Positions 8,127-17,171 of a stretch of DNA of 21,288 bases are shown piece by piece; position 1 is the first letter of the stretch, and every line of letters starts with the position of its first letter. The position numbers and the translations under genes were made by a program. Source of the stretch: Acidobacteriota bacterium (GTDB lineage: Bacteria; Acidobacteriota; UBA6911; JACQSX01); the NCBI GenBank assembly GCA_036507075.1, contig DASXQR010000156.1, positions 1-21,288 of the forward strand, read 5' to 3'. The notes under the pieces were generated by a model that saw only the letters and a program-made list of their open reading frames with translations, was not told the origin of the DNA and did not search any database.

Positions 8127-10304
8127 ATGAAAATCAGACTTATCTTCTGCTGCCTCGGCCTCATTGCCTTCGCTGCTCAGTTGTGGCCTCAGCAGCCGGC
8201 GCAAAACAAGCCGGAACCGGCCAAGGGCGGCTCCTATACTGCGACTGTTTACTCGGTCCTGGTTGACGTCATCGCCACGGACAACAAAGACCGGCACGTA
8301 AATGATCTCAAGCCCGAAGACTTCGTCATTTATGAAGACGGCGTAAAGCAGAAGATCGATTCCATTGAGGTGCAGAGCCAGGGACTGGCTCGTGTCATCC
8401 AGGCGGCCGACACCTCATCGCGCATCGCGACCGCCCCGGCGCCTGCCGCGCCGCGCGCAAACCTGATCACATTCCTGATGGATTACGCCACAACCGATTA
8501 CGCCAATCAGAAATATGTGCGCGAGGCAGCCATAAAATACATCAAAGAGAAGATGGGCCCCCAGGACGTGGTCGCCATTTTCTCTACCGGCGCAGGCGGC
8601 GGACTGCGGACGCTGCAAGGCTTTACAACCGACAAGAAACTCCTCACGGCGGTGCTGTCTAAAGGTGAAGTGTCGGGAAGCTCGTACAAAGCGGAGCGAG
8701 CATTGCTGACTTCAGAGATAGCGCGGGAATCTCAGGCCGGTTCGGCGAGTCCTGGTGCGGCAGTGAGCCAGGCGGGTGGTTCCGGCTTTACACCCGCAGC
8801 CGCTGTGGCCGGCGGCAGCACCGGTTCGGCCAGCGCGAGAGCAATGCTGGCACAGCGAATCGAAAAGAGCTTCACCTCGCTGCGTTCGTTTATCGATGCG
8901 CAACTGGCCCGGCCGATTCTGACAGCGATCAAATCAATTGCTCTTGCCGAAAAGGACATCCCCGGCCGCAAGACGCTGGTTTTGTTCTCTGAGGGCTTTG
9001 TCGTGCCGCCCAACGTTGAAGCCACAATGCGCGATGCCGCCGATGCGGCAAACAAAGCCAATCTCGCCATCTACACCGTGGATACAAAAGGGCTGAAAAC
9101 AGAGCTCACGACCACAAACGAGATGGAAAGCATCAATGCGGCGACCGGGCGCTCTCGAACCATCGGAGCCGGAGGCGAGTCGCTGTTTGACCGCGCCCGG
9201 CAGGTGGGATCGGACCAGAATGAAAGCACGCTGCGGTTTCTCTCCGTTTCCACCGGGGGCTTCCTGATTCGAAACACCAACGACTTTGAAATCGGCTTGC
9301 AGCGGATCAATGACGATATCAGCACTTATTATCTGCTCAGCTACCGCCCCACCAACGTTGAGTTCGACGGCAAATTCCGCGAAATCCGCGTTGAAGTCAC
9401 GCGTCCCGGCGTCAAAGTGCGCGCGCGCAATGGTTACTTTGCCACACCGCCCGGCGATTCCCTTCTCAGTCCCGAACAACGATCGCTGTTTGCCCAGGCC
9501 CGGTCGCGAAAAAATGCGCCCACTCTTCCCCTGGTGGTGACCGCAAGCAGATTCTTTCCCGGCGCCACGGCCCCCGCAGCCGTTGTGACCATCGAAGTCC
9601 CGACCGACTCTCTTCAGTTCAAAGAAGTCGCCACCGTATTCGACGATTCCATTCAGATCATCGGCCTGGTGAAGGACCGCAACGGCACGCCCGTGACCAC
9701 ATTCGGCCGGCCGCTCCCGCTTCAGTTCAATAAATCGGAGCTGGACGCCGTGCGCGGCGGCTTTATTACGCACTGGGAAACGCTGATGCTGGATCCGGGC
9801 CGGTACAGCATCGAGGTTCTCGTTCATGAACCGGGAACAGGGAATGCAGGCTACGCATCAAAGGAGCTGCTGCTCGATCCTCCCTCCAAATTCGAGTTGA
9901 GCGACCTGGTCCTGAGCCAGCGAATCGCCAAGGTAACGGCCGACTCGCAATCAGACCCTTTGGCCACCGCAGACGCAAAAGTGCTGCCGTCGGCGAGCCG
10001 CCGGTTCCGGAACGGCGATCGGCTCATCTTTTACTTTGATATCTACAACGCCAAGACGAATAATTCGCAGCCGAATATTGAAGTGACGCTGGCGGTGGCA
10101 AAGGATGGCCATGCCATTCCAGTGAAGCTGCCGGTGTACAAAATTGCGCAGCCGGTAAAAGGCGATGCTTTCCGGATTCAGGTGGCAAAGTATCTGGAGC
10201 TGAGCGGCCTGGCGCCGGGTAATTATTCACTGATCGTGAGCGCCCGCGACCAGAACGCCGGCAGCGCCGGCGTTGCGCATTCGACGTTTACTATCGTGAA
10301 TTGA
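8127..10304 (+). CDS. VWFA-related (Acidobacterial-type) domain protein with C-terminal beta-sandwich module, exported
   Basis: Signal peptide MKIRLIFCCLGLIAFAAQ. Motifs VLVDVIATD..D..V.DLK.EDF.IYEDG..Q.I, PGRKTLVLFSEG, AIYTVD..GL, L..LS..TGG....TND and YYLLSYRP....DGKFREIRVEV.RPG..VRARNGY. Confidence 0.88.
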   Translation: MKIRLIFCCLGLIAFAAQLWPQQPAQNKPEPAKGGSYTATVYSVLVDVIATDNKDRHVNDLKPEDFVIYEDGVKQKIDSIEVQSQGLARVIQAADTSSRIATAPAPAAPRANLITFLMDYATTDYANQKYVREAAIKYIKEKMGPQDVVAIFSTGAGGGLRTLQGFTTDKKLLTAVLSKGEVSGSSYKAERALLTSEIARESQAGSASPGAAVSQAGGSGFTPAAAVAGGSTGSASARAMLAQRIEKSFTSLRSFIDAQLARPILTAIKSIALAEKDIPGRKTLVLFSEGFVVPPNVEATMRDAADAANKANLAIYTVDTKGLKTELTTTNEMESINAATGRSRTIGAGGESLFDRARQVGSDQNESTLRFLSVSTGGFLIRNTNDFEIGLQRINDDISTYYLLSYRPTNVEFDGKFREIRVEVTRPGVKVRARNGYFATPPGDSLLSPEQRSLFAQARSRKNAPTLPLVVTASRFFPGATAPAAVVTIEVPTDSLQFKEVATVFDDSIQIIGLVKDRNGTPVTTFGRPLPLQFNKSELDAVRGGFITHWETLMLDPGRYSIEVLVHEPGTGNAGYASKELLLDPPSKFELSDLVLSQRIAKVTADSQSDPLATADAKVLPSASRRFRNGDRLIFYFDIYNAKTNNSQPNIEVTLAVAKDGHAIPVKLPVYKIAQPVKGDAFRIQVAKYLELSGLAPGNYSLIVSARDQNAGSAGVAHSTFTIVN

Positions 10305-10330
10305 GCTTGCTTTAAAGCTGAGAGAAGATT

Positions 10331-10390
10331 CACCACAAAGGCACAAAGAACACGAAGACACTTTTTTGTGCCCTTTGTGCCTTTGTGGTG
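10331..10390. repeat. CACAAAGG-unit palindrome, copy 2 (possible bidirectional terminator)
   Basis: CACCACAAAGGCACAAAGAACACGAAG...TTTTGTGCCCTTTGTGCCTTTGTGGTG, with pairing extended by GATT/AATC flanks. Between convergent genes. Confidence 0.93.
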
Positions 10391-10414
10391 AATCCTTTCT
10401 CAGGTTTGCAGAAA

Positions 10415-11971
10415 TCAGTTTTTCTTTTCCGGCAGCAGCCGCGATGCGGCGGTGCGAGCCTCGTCCTCTTTTGTCTTCAACTCCTGGTAGAGCTTCAGTT
10501 CGCGCTCGGCTGCCTCTGTTTGATTGAGCCGCACCAGCGCCTGGCTGAGCTGGTAGTGGGTGGGCGCATGCTGTGGGCTCAGTCGAACAGCGGTTTCCAA
10601 TTCCTCTTTGGCGCGTCCGTAGTCTCCCTTTTTCAGGTAGACAGCGCCCAATCCGGCGCGCGCAGCCGCATGATTGGGCTCGGCGGCGACCACCTGGTTG
10701 AGATACTCCAAAGCCTTCTCCGCGTCACCCCGGTTGAGCGCAATCATTCCCAGGTAATACAAAGTGTCGGTCAGGCTCGGATCGAGCTGGCGCGCCTTGC
10801 CAAGCCGTTGCAAGGCCTCGTCGTAGCGGGCAGACAGGTACAGTGCCGCCGCAAGACCGAGATGACCGCGCGCATCCTGTGGCCTGAAACTTACATATCT
10901 GGAAAACGTCTCAACAGCCGCGGGAATGTCTGAAACGCTCATCTGGGTAATCGAGAGTAAGAAAAGATAATCCGGGCTATTTGGCTCCAACTCGAGCGCC
11001 TGGTAAATCGCGCGCTGCGACTCACCGATGCGACCGGTGCGCAGCGCCGCCAGCGCAAGCCCGTAAAGCATCAAGGCGGAGTTGGGAGCGAGCTCTCGCG
11101 CCCTGGCAAGGTACTGAAACATCTCCTCCCAATTTCCCTTCCGCTGCGCGATCAGCGAAAGCCTCTTCAGCGCTTCAACCGATTTCGGCTCCGCCTGCAG
11201 CGCTTGCTGATAGCGTGCCACCGCCGCGGCGACATCTCCCTTCTGCTCACAGGCTTCCGCCAGGTTGAAGTTCAGGGCGAATGAATCACGCGCCGGCCCG
11301 CCGATGCTCTCCAGCAGCTCAATGACGATCTCTCCGAGTTGCGCATTCAACAGAAGCTGCGAGAGCTCGCCGATCAGCTCGGGATAGGGCGTCACCAGCT
11401 CTCGAAGCTCCGGGATCGAACGCTTCAGATCCTCCTCGCGCCCCAAGGCCAGGTACGAACGCGCCAGAAGTGGAGCAAATCCCGGAGGTCGGTTTCGTTT
11501 TGGGATTCTGTCAAGCAGCCCGAGCGCTGCCGCATGCTCCCCGGCCTCTGCGCGAAGCAGTGCCAGGTTAAACATTATCTCTGGATCGTTCGGCTGGATC
11601 CGATCGGCTCGTGCGAATGCCGACAGGGCATCTTCGGACCGCTGCGTTCGACGATACAGGTATCCCAGATTCACAGCCGCACCGGCAAGCCGGGGGTCGG
11701 CCTGGAGCGCGCGCCGAAAAAACTTTTCCGCTTCTTCGAACCGGCTCTGTTCCCCTCGCACGATTCCAAGCAGATTCAAGGCCTGCGCATTTCGCGGCGA
11801 CGCGCGCAGCAAAGCCGAAAGCTCTCGCTCTGCTTCGTCGATTTTGCCGGCCTGGAGCAGATCTGCGGCCTTGCGCACCTGAGGGTCAATGGCAGGCGCT
11901 GAGCCCCGGGCCGGAATGATCAAAAACAGGAGGGCGATCAGCGCCGCGCGGAAAACGGGTGGAAACTTCAT
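10415..11971 (-). CDS. Tetratricopeptide repeat protein, exported
   Basis: 518 aa. Signal peptide MKFPPVFRAALIALLFLIIPARG and many TPR units (ALNLLG...EAEKFFRRAL..DP; HYQLSQAL). ATGA overlap with the upstream TPR gene. Confidence 0.9.
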   Translation of the reverse strand: MKFPPVFRAALIALLFLIIPARGSAPAIDPQVRKAADLLQAGKIDEAERELSALLRASPRNAQALNLLGIVRGEQSRFEEAEKFFRRALQADPRLAGAAVNLGYLYRRTQRSEDALSAFARADRIQPNDPEIMFNLALLRAEAGEHAAALGLLDRIPKRNRPPGFAPLLARSYLALGREEDLKRSIPELRELVTPYPELIGELSQLLLNAQLGEIVIELLESIGGPARDSFALNFNLAEACEQKGDVAAAVARYQQALQAEPKSVEALKRLSLIAQRKGNWEEMFQYLARARELAPNSALMLYGLALAALRTGRIGESQRAIYQALELEPNSPDYLFLLSITQMSVSDIPAAVETFSRYVSFRPQDARGHLGLAAALYLSARYDEALQRLGKARQLDPSLTDTLYYLGMIALNRGDAEKALEYLNQVVAAEPNHAAARAGLGAVYLKKGDYGRAKEELETAVRLSPQHAPTHYQLSQALVRLNQTEAAERELKLYQELKTKEDEARTAASRLLPEKKN

Positions 11972-14220
11972 GGAAACTGCTTCTCGGGCTCGCCCGATTT
12001 CATTCCCTCGGCAGGCGATCTGCGCTGCGCCTTCAGCGAACGGTAAGTGGACAGCTCAGAATCCGCTTCCGCATCCCGCCCAAGCCGGCGGTATACCTGC
12101 GCGAGCTGGTAATGGATGTAATCCTTCTTCGGGTCCAATCGGACTGCGGTTTCCAGGCTTGCCTTTGCCTGATCCAGTTTTCCTGCCTGCAGGTATGACT
12201 TTCCCAATTGATAGTGCGCTTCAGCGTATCCCGGCTCCAGTTCCACTGCTTTGTTCAACTCGCCGAGGCCATCGTCGACACGATGCTTCATCAGCATCAG
12301 GTACCCGAGGTGGTAATGTGATTTGGCATCATTCGGTCGAATTTGCAGCTCGTCCTGGAAGGCCGCTTGGGCCTCATCGAACTGCCCGCCACGAAGAAGA
12401 GCCATTCCCAGGTAATAATTTGCTTCAGCCAGCCTGGGATCGAGTTTCAGCGCCTGCCGGAACATGGCCGATGCTTCGGCATACAGCGTCTGCTGCGCCA
12501 GTGCCTGTCCCAGGAGCAGATGCATTGCGGGTTGCGGCGGGTTCTTTTCGACGAGCGGGCGCACGATCTTTTCTGCGCCGCGCGCGTCGCCCGTTCGCAG
12601 CAGCGATATGGCCAGCGCGGTATTCAGCTCCGGATCCTGCGGGCGGGCCTGCAGCACGGCACGGATCAGCGGCACGGCCCGCGCAAAATCGGCGGTGTAA
12701 AAATAACAGAGCGCCAGCATGTGCTGCACGGGAATGCCGGCAGGCTTGGCGGCCCGTTCCTTTTCCAGGAGCGGGACGGCGCGGTCGAAAGACTTCAACA
12801 GAAAATAAGTAAGTGCGAGATTATAGCGGAGGTCCCTGAGCTCCTCTTTCCATTTCAGCGCGCGCTCAAAGAGTGCCGCTGCCCGCGCGTGGTCGTTCAG
12901 TGATGCGCGCACCAGGCCGAGCGCGTTATACACCGTTGCGACAGAGCCGACGAGCTCGGATTCGAGCGGCTGCGCCTTGCGCGCTTCGATACGCGAGGGA
13001 AGATCGATTTCGAGCGTGACAGTTCCGCGCGCATCCTTTCCCGCCATGGAAAGGGCCGAATCTTTGGCGCTGCTGTCGCTTTTCAGGAACGCTTCCAGGG
13101 AATCGGAGCCGGCCCTGGCGGATTTATCTTTCAGCTCGCTTGAGATCTTCAGCTCCTTTTCCGCATCGGCGTTTCTTCCAAGCTTTCGGTACACCTGGCT
13201 GAGCAGATAGTGCGTGTTGGACACCTGGAAGTCGCTCCGGCTCACGTCAGTGGTGAGCGCTACCGCTTTCTGGAGCGCTCTGAGCGCGGCGGCATACTGG
13301 CCGCTGCTGTAGAATGAACTGCCCAGATAGTGAAACGCATCGGGTGATGCGGGATTGGCCCTGACCGCCTTGCTCAACGCGGAAACCGCTTCCGGAAAGC
13401 GGCGAGTTTCACGGCAGGCAACACCAAGCAAAAAATTGGCAGAGAAGTCGGCAGGCTGAATCGCCAGCTCGCGCCTGAAGAGCTCGATTGCCTCGGGAAT
13501 TCTTGCCTTGCCTTCGCGAATCAGGTATGTCTGGCCGAGATAGAACTGTGCGCGCGGAGCCTTCGGATTGAGTTCGATCGCCTTCTGGAAACACGCCGCC
13601 GCCTCGTCAAGATAGCTCATTTCCTTAAAGGCCTTGCCGATCAGAATCTGCAGCTCGGCCGAATCCCCGAGCATTTGAACGAGCCGGTTGAAAATCTTGT
13701 GAACGGGCGCCAGCTGCTTGTCTTCCAGATAAACCATCGCCAGCGTGTAGGCGGCGCCGAGATCGGCCGGATCTCTGGCGACGGCAAATTCAAGTTCACC
13801 CACCGCCTCCTTGAAGCGGCCGGCCAGCATGTACAATTTTCCCAGCAGATGCCGCGCCTGCGCATTTTCCGGGCTGCGAGCCAGAACCTTTTCAACGGCC
13901 TGAATACCCGGGTCGGCTTTCTTCTGCAGCAGGTAAACAATCGCCTGGCCGATGAGCGCTCCGTCGGAATTTGCCCGCGCTTCGGCAGCCTCGGAGTACG
14001 CGCGCAGCGCATCGTCATAGCGTCGCTGGTCGGTCAACAACGCCCCGAGCTGCTCGAGGGCCTGACCGAGAGCGGTTCGGTACTCGCTTTCGGCAAGCGT
14101 GGTTTCTCCAGCCGACTGGTATTTCTGCGCCTTACTGAAATGTTCGCGGATACCTTCCTGTGCAACCAGCGAAGACACGCTGAGCGCGGCTGCCAGACAT
14201 CCGATAAGCAGGCGATTCAT
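11968..14220 (-). CDS. Tetratricopeptide repeat protein, exported
   Basis: Start reassigned to ATG 14220 (MNRLLIGCLAAALSVSSLVAQ signal peptide; 750 aa). TPR repeats throughout (ARHLLGKLY, AQFYLG, ANYYLG, SHYHLG, AHYQLGKSY, HYQLAQVYRRLGR). Confidence 0.9.
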   Translation of the reverse strand: MNRLLIGCLAAALSVSSLVAQEGIREHFSKAQKYQSAGETTLAESEYRTALGQALEQLGALLTDQRRYDDALRAYSEAAEARANSDGALIGQAIVYLLQKKADPGIQAVEKVLARSPENAQARHLLGKLYMLAGRFKEAVGELEFAVARDPADLGAAYTLAMVYLEDKQLAPVHKIFNRLVQMLGDSAELQILIGKAFKEMSYLDEAAACFQKAIELNPKAPRAQFYLGQTYLIREGKARIPEAIELFRRELAIQPADFSANFLLGVACRETRRFPEAVSALSKAVRANPASPDAFHYLGSSFYSSGQYAAALRALQKAVALTTDVSRSDFQVSNTHYLLSQVYRKLGRNADAEKELKISSELKDKSARAGSDSLEAFLKSDSSAKDSALSMAGKDARGTVTLEIDLPSRIEARKAQPLESELVGSVATVYNALGLVRASLNDHARAAALFERALKWKEELRDLRYNLALTYFLLKSFDRAVPLLEKERAAKPAGIPVQHMLALCYFYTADFARAVPLIRAVLQARPQDPELNTALAISLLRTGDARGAEKIVRPLVEKNPPQPAMHLLLGQALAQQTLYAEASAMFRQALKLDPRLAEANYYLGMALLRGGQFDEAQAAFQDELQIRPNDAKSHYHLGYLMLMKHRVDDGLGELNKAVELEPGYAEAHYQLGKSYLQAGKLDQAKASLETAVRLDPKKDYIHYQLAQVYRRLGRDAEADSELSTYRSLKAQRRSPAEGMKSGEPEKQFP

Positions 14221-14228
14221 GGCGTTCA

Positions 14229-14237
14229 ATTCTAACA
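14229..14237 (-). promoter_or_regulatory. Putative extended -10 promoter (TGTTAGAAT), leaderless-type spacing
   Basis: TG-T-TAGAAT followed by 8 nt and then ATG 14220. No Shine-Dalgarno sequence in between. Confidence 0.5.
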
Positions 14238-14304
14238 CGCCCCCCGCCCGGTGTGCCCGCAAGCACCTGCAAGACAAGGACGAATCTGTGGTGATATTCT
14301 TTGC

Positions 14305-14339
14305 AGTGTCGAAAGTGTCGAATGCCGAATGTCGACACT
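14305..14339. repeat. Short TGTCGAA-type tandem/inverted repeat in a divergent promoter region
   Basis: AGTGTCGAA AGTGTCGAA TGCCGAA TGTCGACACT. The ends AGTGTCGA and TCGACACT are complementary. Confidence 0.7.
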
Positions 14340-14353
14340 CTGAAAGGGGGTTT

Positions 14354-15058
14354 ATGAACAAATGGGGGAGATTCACTTTTATCGCCGTCCTCCTCGCCCT
14401 GGGCGCATTTACCATGGCCAAGGAGTTCTGGGAAAAGCCATACACAGAGTGGACCAAAAAGGACGTAGACAAGATGCTTCATGACTCGCCCTGGTCCAAG
14501 TCCCAGACGATCGCCGATGAACTCGGCGGGAAGGGATCAGGCGCGGGCGGCGACAAGGAGCTGTATAACGTTTTCTCGGTCCGGTTCTTCTCCGCGATGC
14601 CGGTGCGACAGGCATACGTGCGAATGATGCAGTTGATGAACAACTACGATGCGAAGCCGGAGAGCGAAAAGGCTGCTATTGATGCCAAATTCGTCCGCGT
14701 GCTGAAGATCGACTTCAGCAAGACGATTATGGTCGCGTTCGAGTACTCGACCAACAACCGGGAGCGCGACATGAACATCAGGCGCTTCCTGGAGAACTCG
14801 ACGACGGCGCTGTTAAGTCAGAGCTGCTACCTGATCACCGACCATCAGGGGCGCGTGTCGCTGCAGGAGTACTACCCTCCCAGTCCTGACGGCACGGGCG
14901 CAAAGTTCGTCTTCCCGAGAATGGCAGGCGAAAAGGCCGTAGTCATGCCTGAGGACAAAGAGGTCAAATTCGACCTCTATCTGCAGCCCCTCAACCAGCG
15001 CGTCTTTATTACGTTCAAAGTAAAGAGCATGGTCGTGGACGGGCAGGTGGTGATTTGA
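14354..15058 (+). CDS. Exported hypothetical protein
   Basis: ATG 14354 with RBS GAAAGGGGG. Signal peptide MNKWGRFTFIAVLLALGAFTMA, 234 aa, natural composition and GC3-rich codons. N-terminal W.KPY.EW...D..KML.DSPW motif. No family assigned. Confidence 0.82.
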   Translation: MNKWGRFTFIAVLLALGAFTMAKEFWEKPYTEWTKKDVDKMLHDSPWSKSQTIADELGGKGSGAGGDKELYNVFSVRFFSAMPVRQAYVRMMQLMNNYDAKPESEKAAIDAKFVRVLKIDFSKTIMVAFEYSTNNRERDMNIRRFLENSTTALLSQSCYLITDHQGRVSLQEYYPPSPDGTGAKFVFPRMAGEKAVVMPEDKEVKFDLYLQPLNQRVFITFKVKSMVVDGQVVI

Positions 15059-15102
15059 GGATTGGCGATTTTGTAGGAAATGTACACAAGGCTATGACCT
15101 AT

Positions 15103-15341
15103 ATCCGAACCGCGCGCGTAAGCCTGGATTATTCACAAACTGCAGGAACTAGCCGCCGATTTACGCGGACAACGCTGATGGTATCGGGGTCGAGGGATGG
15201 GCGTCAATGCCCGGCGAAGCTGACACACTGCAGCTATGAAGCCCATCCCTCGACCCCGATACTAATCCGTGTTTTCCGTGCAGATCAGCGGCCAATTCTT
15301 TCAGTTTGTGAATAATCCAGGCTTACGCGCGCGGTTCGGAT
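15103..15341. repeat. 239-bp nested palindrome (MITE/REPIN-like) between convergent genes
   Basis: Perfect 40-bp outer IR (15103-15142/15302-15341), degenerate ~38-bp middle IR, perfect 22-bp inner IR (15181-15202/15241-15262) and a 38-nt loop. Confidence 0.93.
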
Positions 15342-15351
15342 TTTGGCATGG

Positions 15352-16959
15352 TCAATTCGGGGCGCCGGCGACGATTGTGAAGTCTGTGGACTTGGAAATC
15401 TGAACGCCCGCAAGCTGATCTTTTACGCTTAATGTCAACGTGTACTTTCCCGGCTCGAGAGGCTCTGTGTTCATCAGCGGGGCCATGAAGTACCGGTCGC
15501 CATAGGAATGCAGGCGACTCTCAAGATTCTGAAAAGGAGTTTCGATCACTTTCCCCTGACGGCTGAGACGCAAATCTACTTTTAAGCTGGGATTCAGAGA
15601 CTGCTGGTCGACGGCGACGTTGTACAGTTCAAAATAAAAGCCCAGCGGCTTGCCTTTGCGGAACTCATTGTTGGCGTTCGGGTAAACCTTGACCGAAGCG
15701 AGAACAAACGGATCGCTGATGAACTCGCCTTGTCCGGTTGGAAAAATCTGATCCGCCAGGATGATGTCGCTCATGTCCAGCTTGTCGGCAGGATCGGAGG
15801 GAATGTAGATGCCGCGCTCGATGGTGCCTAATTTGCCGCTGACCGTGTCCTTCACAATCGCCGTAAGCTTATAGCGCCCTGCCTTGAGCGGAACATTTCT
15901 CTGGTACACGGAGCGTTTGGCAAATGACTGCACATCATCCACATTGAAATAGGCATTCACATCGTCGTCAAACGCATAGACGGTCATCTTGTTGACCGTC
16001 TCGACCCGGCCGTACACATTCAACTCGGCGCCCGTGATCGGACCGGAGCGTTTGAACGAGAGCCTGGTGCGGTCAAAGTAAAACGTGATCGGCACCAGGT
16101 AATCGCTTCCCGCCACTCTCACCCTGTCTACTCGCACTTGAAACGGGAGCTGGTCATAGTGCAATTGCGTCGACACCGCGTTCTCAAGGTCCTTATAGCG
16201 GATCTGGGGAGGTCGCTGCAGCTTGGCAAGCCGTTCGTAGCGCTGGAAGGGGAAATTGCGCGCGCTGATGGAGCGCATCGGGTCGGCCGCTCGGCGGGCA
16301 GCCTCATTTGCAAAATAACGCGTTCCCAGGCGCTCGGATTTATCGCCGCCCTTGCGCAGCTCCGACCACGTCAGGCCAACATTGGGCACGTTGGTAAGCA
16401 TGTCTTTTTCCATCTCATCCATCGCGAGCTGATAATGCCCTGACATGCTCTTGTCGACAAATTCGATATAGATGTCGTCACCGACGCCGTCGATATGCCG
16501 GTAATACCAGGTTTCAAAGGCAAAGGTAGAGGTGACACCGCCGCCTTCCGAGCGCGGACGGTAATAGGTTTCGCCCGCGCCGTGCGTCTCGGTTCCGGTT
16601 GGGGGGCCGTGAAGAATGTAGATTCGTCCCCGATCCGTCTTCCAGCCGGGCATTCCGGTTGAGTAGTGATCATTGGCGTAGGCAAGGCGCCTGTAGTGTT
16701 CTTCCTTGAACTCGTTTATCGAAGTATTGGGGTCAGGGTCGCGCCGGAGCCAGAACTGCTCGATGAAAGCCTCACGTTCTTCATTGGTGGTAAGGCTCTT
16801 GTAAATGTCGCGCTCTTCGCTGGTGATAATGTAGGTGACGTCGCGATTCAGCCACTGCTTGAGCGACTCTTCTTCAATCTTAGCCTTTTTGGGCGCCTCC
16901 TGAACGGACGCCGGCAGCGCGATTGCGCCGACAAACAGGATCAGAACCGCCGCCTTCAT
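15352..16959 (-). CDS. GWxTD domain-containing protein, exported
   Basis: Motifs WL..DV.YIIT.EER..Y..L...EERE.FIEQFWLRRDPDP.T..NEFKEEHYRRLAYAN and PGWKTDRGRIYILHGPP. Signal peptide MKAAVLILFVGAIALPA from ATG 16959; in-frame ATG 17025 is an alternative start. Confidence 0.93.
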   Translation of the reverse strand: MKAAVLILFVGAIALPASVQEAPKKAKIEEESLKQWLNRDVTYIITSEERDIYKSLTTNEEREAFIEQFWLRRDPDPNTSINEFKEEHYRRLAYANDHYSTGMPGWKTDRGRIYILHGPPTGTETHGAGETYYRPRSEGGGVTSTFAFETWYYRHIDGVGDDIYIEFVDKSMSGHYQLAMDEMEKDMLTNVPNVGLTWSELRKGGDKSERLGTRYFANEAARRAADPMRSISARNFPFQRYERLAKLQRPPQIRYKDLENAVSTQLHYDQLPFQVRVDRVRVAGSDYLVPITFYFDRTRLSFKRSGPITGAELNVYGRVETVNKMTVYAFDDDVNAYFNVDDVQSFAKRSVYQRNVPLKAGRYKLTAIVKDTVSGKLGTIERGIYIPSDPADKLDMSDIILADQIFPTGQGEFISDPFVLASVKVYPNANNEFRKGKPLGFYFELYNVAVDQQSLNPSLKVDLRLSRQGKVIETPFQNLESRLHSYGDRYFMAPLMNTEPLEPGKYTLTLSVKDQLAGVQISKSTDFTIVAGAPN

Positions 16960-17015
16960 CACAAAGGCACAAAGACACAAAGGGATCCTTCTGTGTCCTT
17001 TGTGCCTTTGTGGTG
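16957..17015. repeat. CACAAAGG-unit palindrome, copy 3 (overlaps the GWxTD start codon)
   Basis: CATCACAAAGGCACAAAGACACAAAGG...CTTCTGTGTCCTTTGTGCCTTTGTGGTG. Confidence 0.92.
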
Positions 17016-17171
17016 AATAGTTCATAGCAAATTTACGCAACTGGGTACTAGTTTACACCGCAGCCGCCTCAAATTTCACCGCCAAGCTTCGCGCTCTCGC
17101 GCCTTGGCAGTGAAATAGGTGAGATATTAGGATAGAATCGACGTGCAGCGAACCTCCGAACCGGAGACGAG

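Noticed and set aside
934..12812. Long antisense or alternate-frame ORFs (934-1851, 4202-4939, 4997-5695, 8934-9827, 11889-12812)
   Set aside because: These are shadow ORFs opposite well-supported GC-rich genes, with no recognisable motifs.
14099..14472. Apparent head-to-head overlap of the 834-aa and 319-aa ORFs
   Set aside because: Both have better downstream starts (14220 and 14354) with signal peptides, leaving a normal 133-bp divergent gap.
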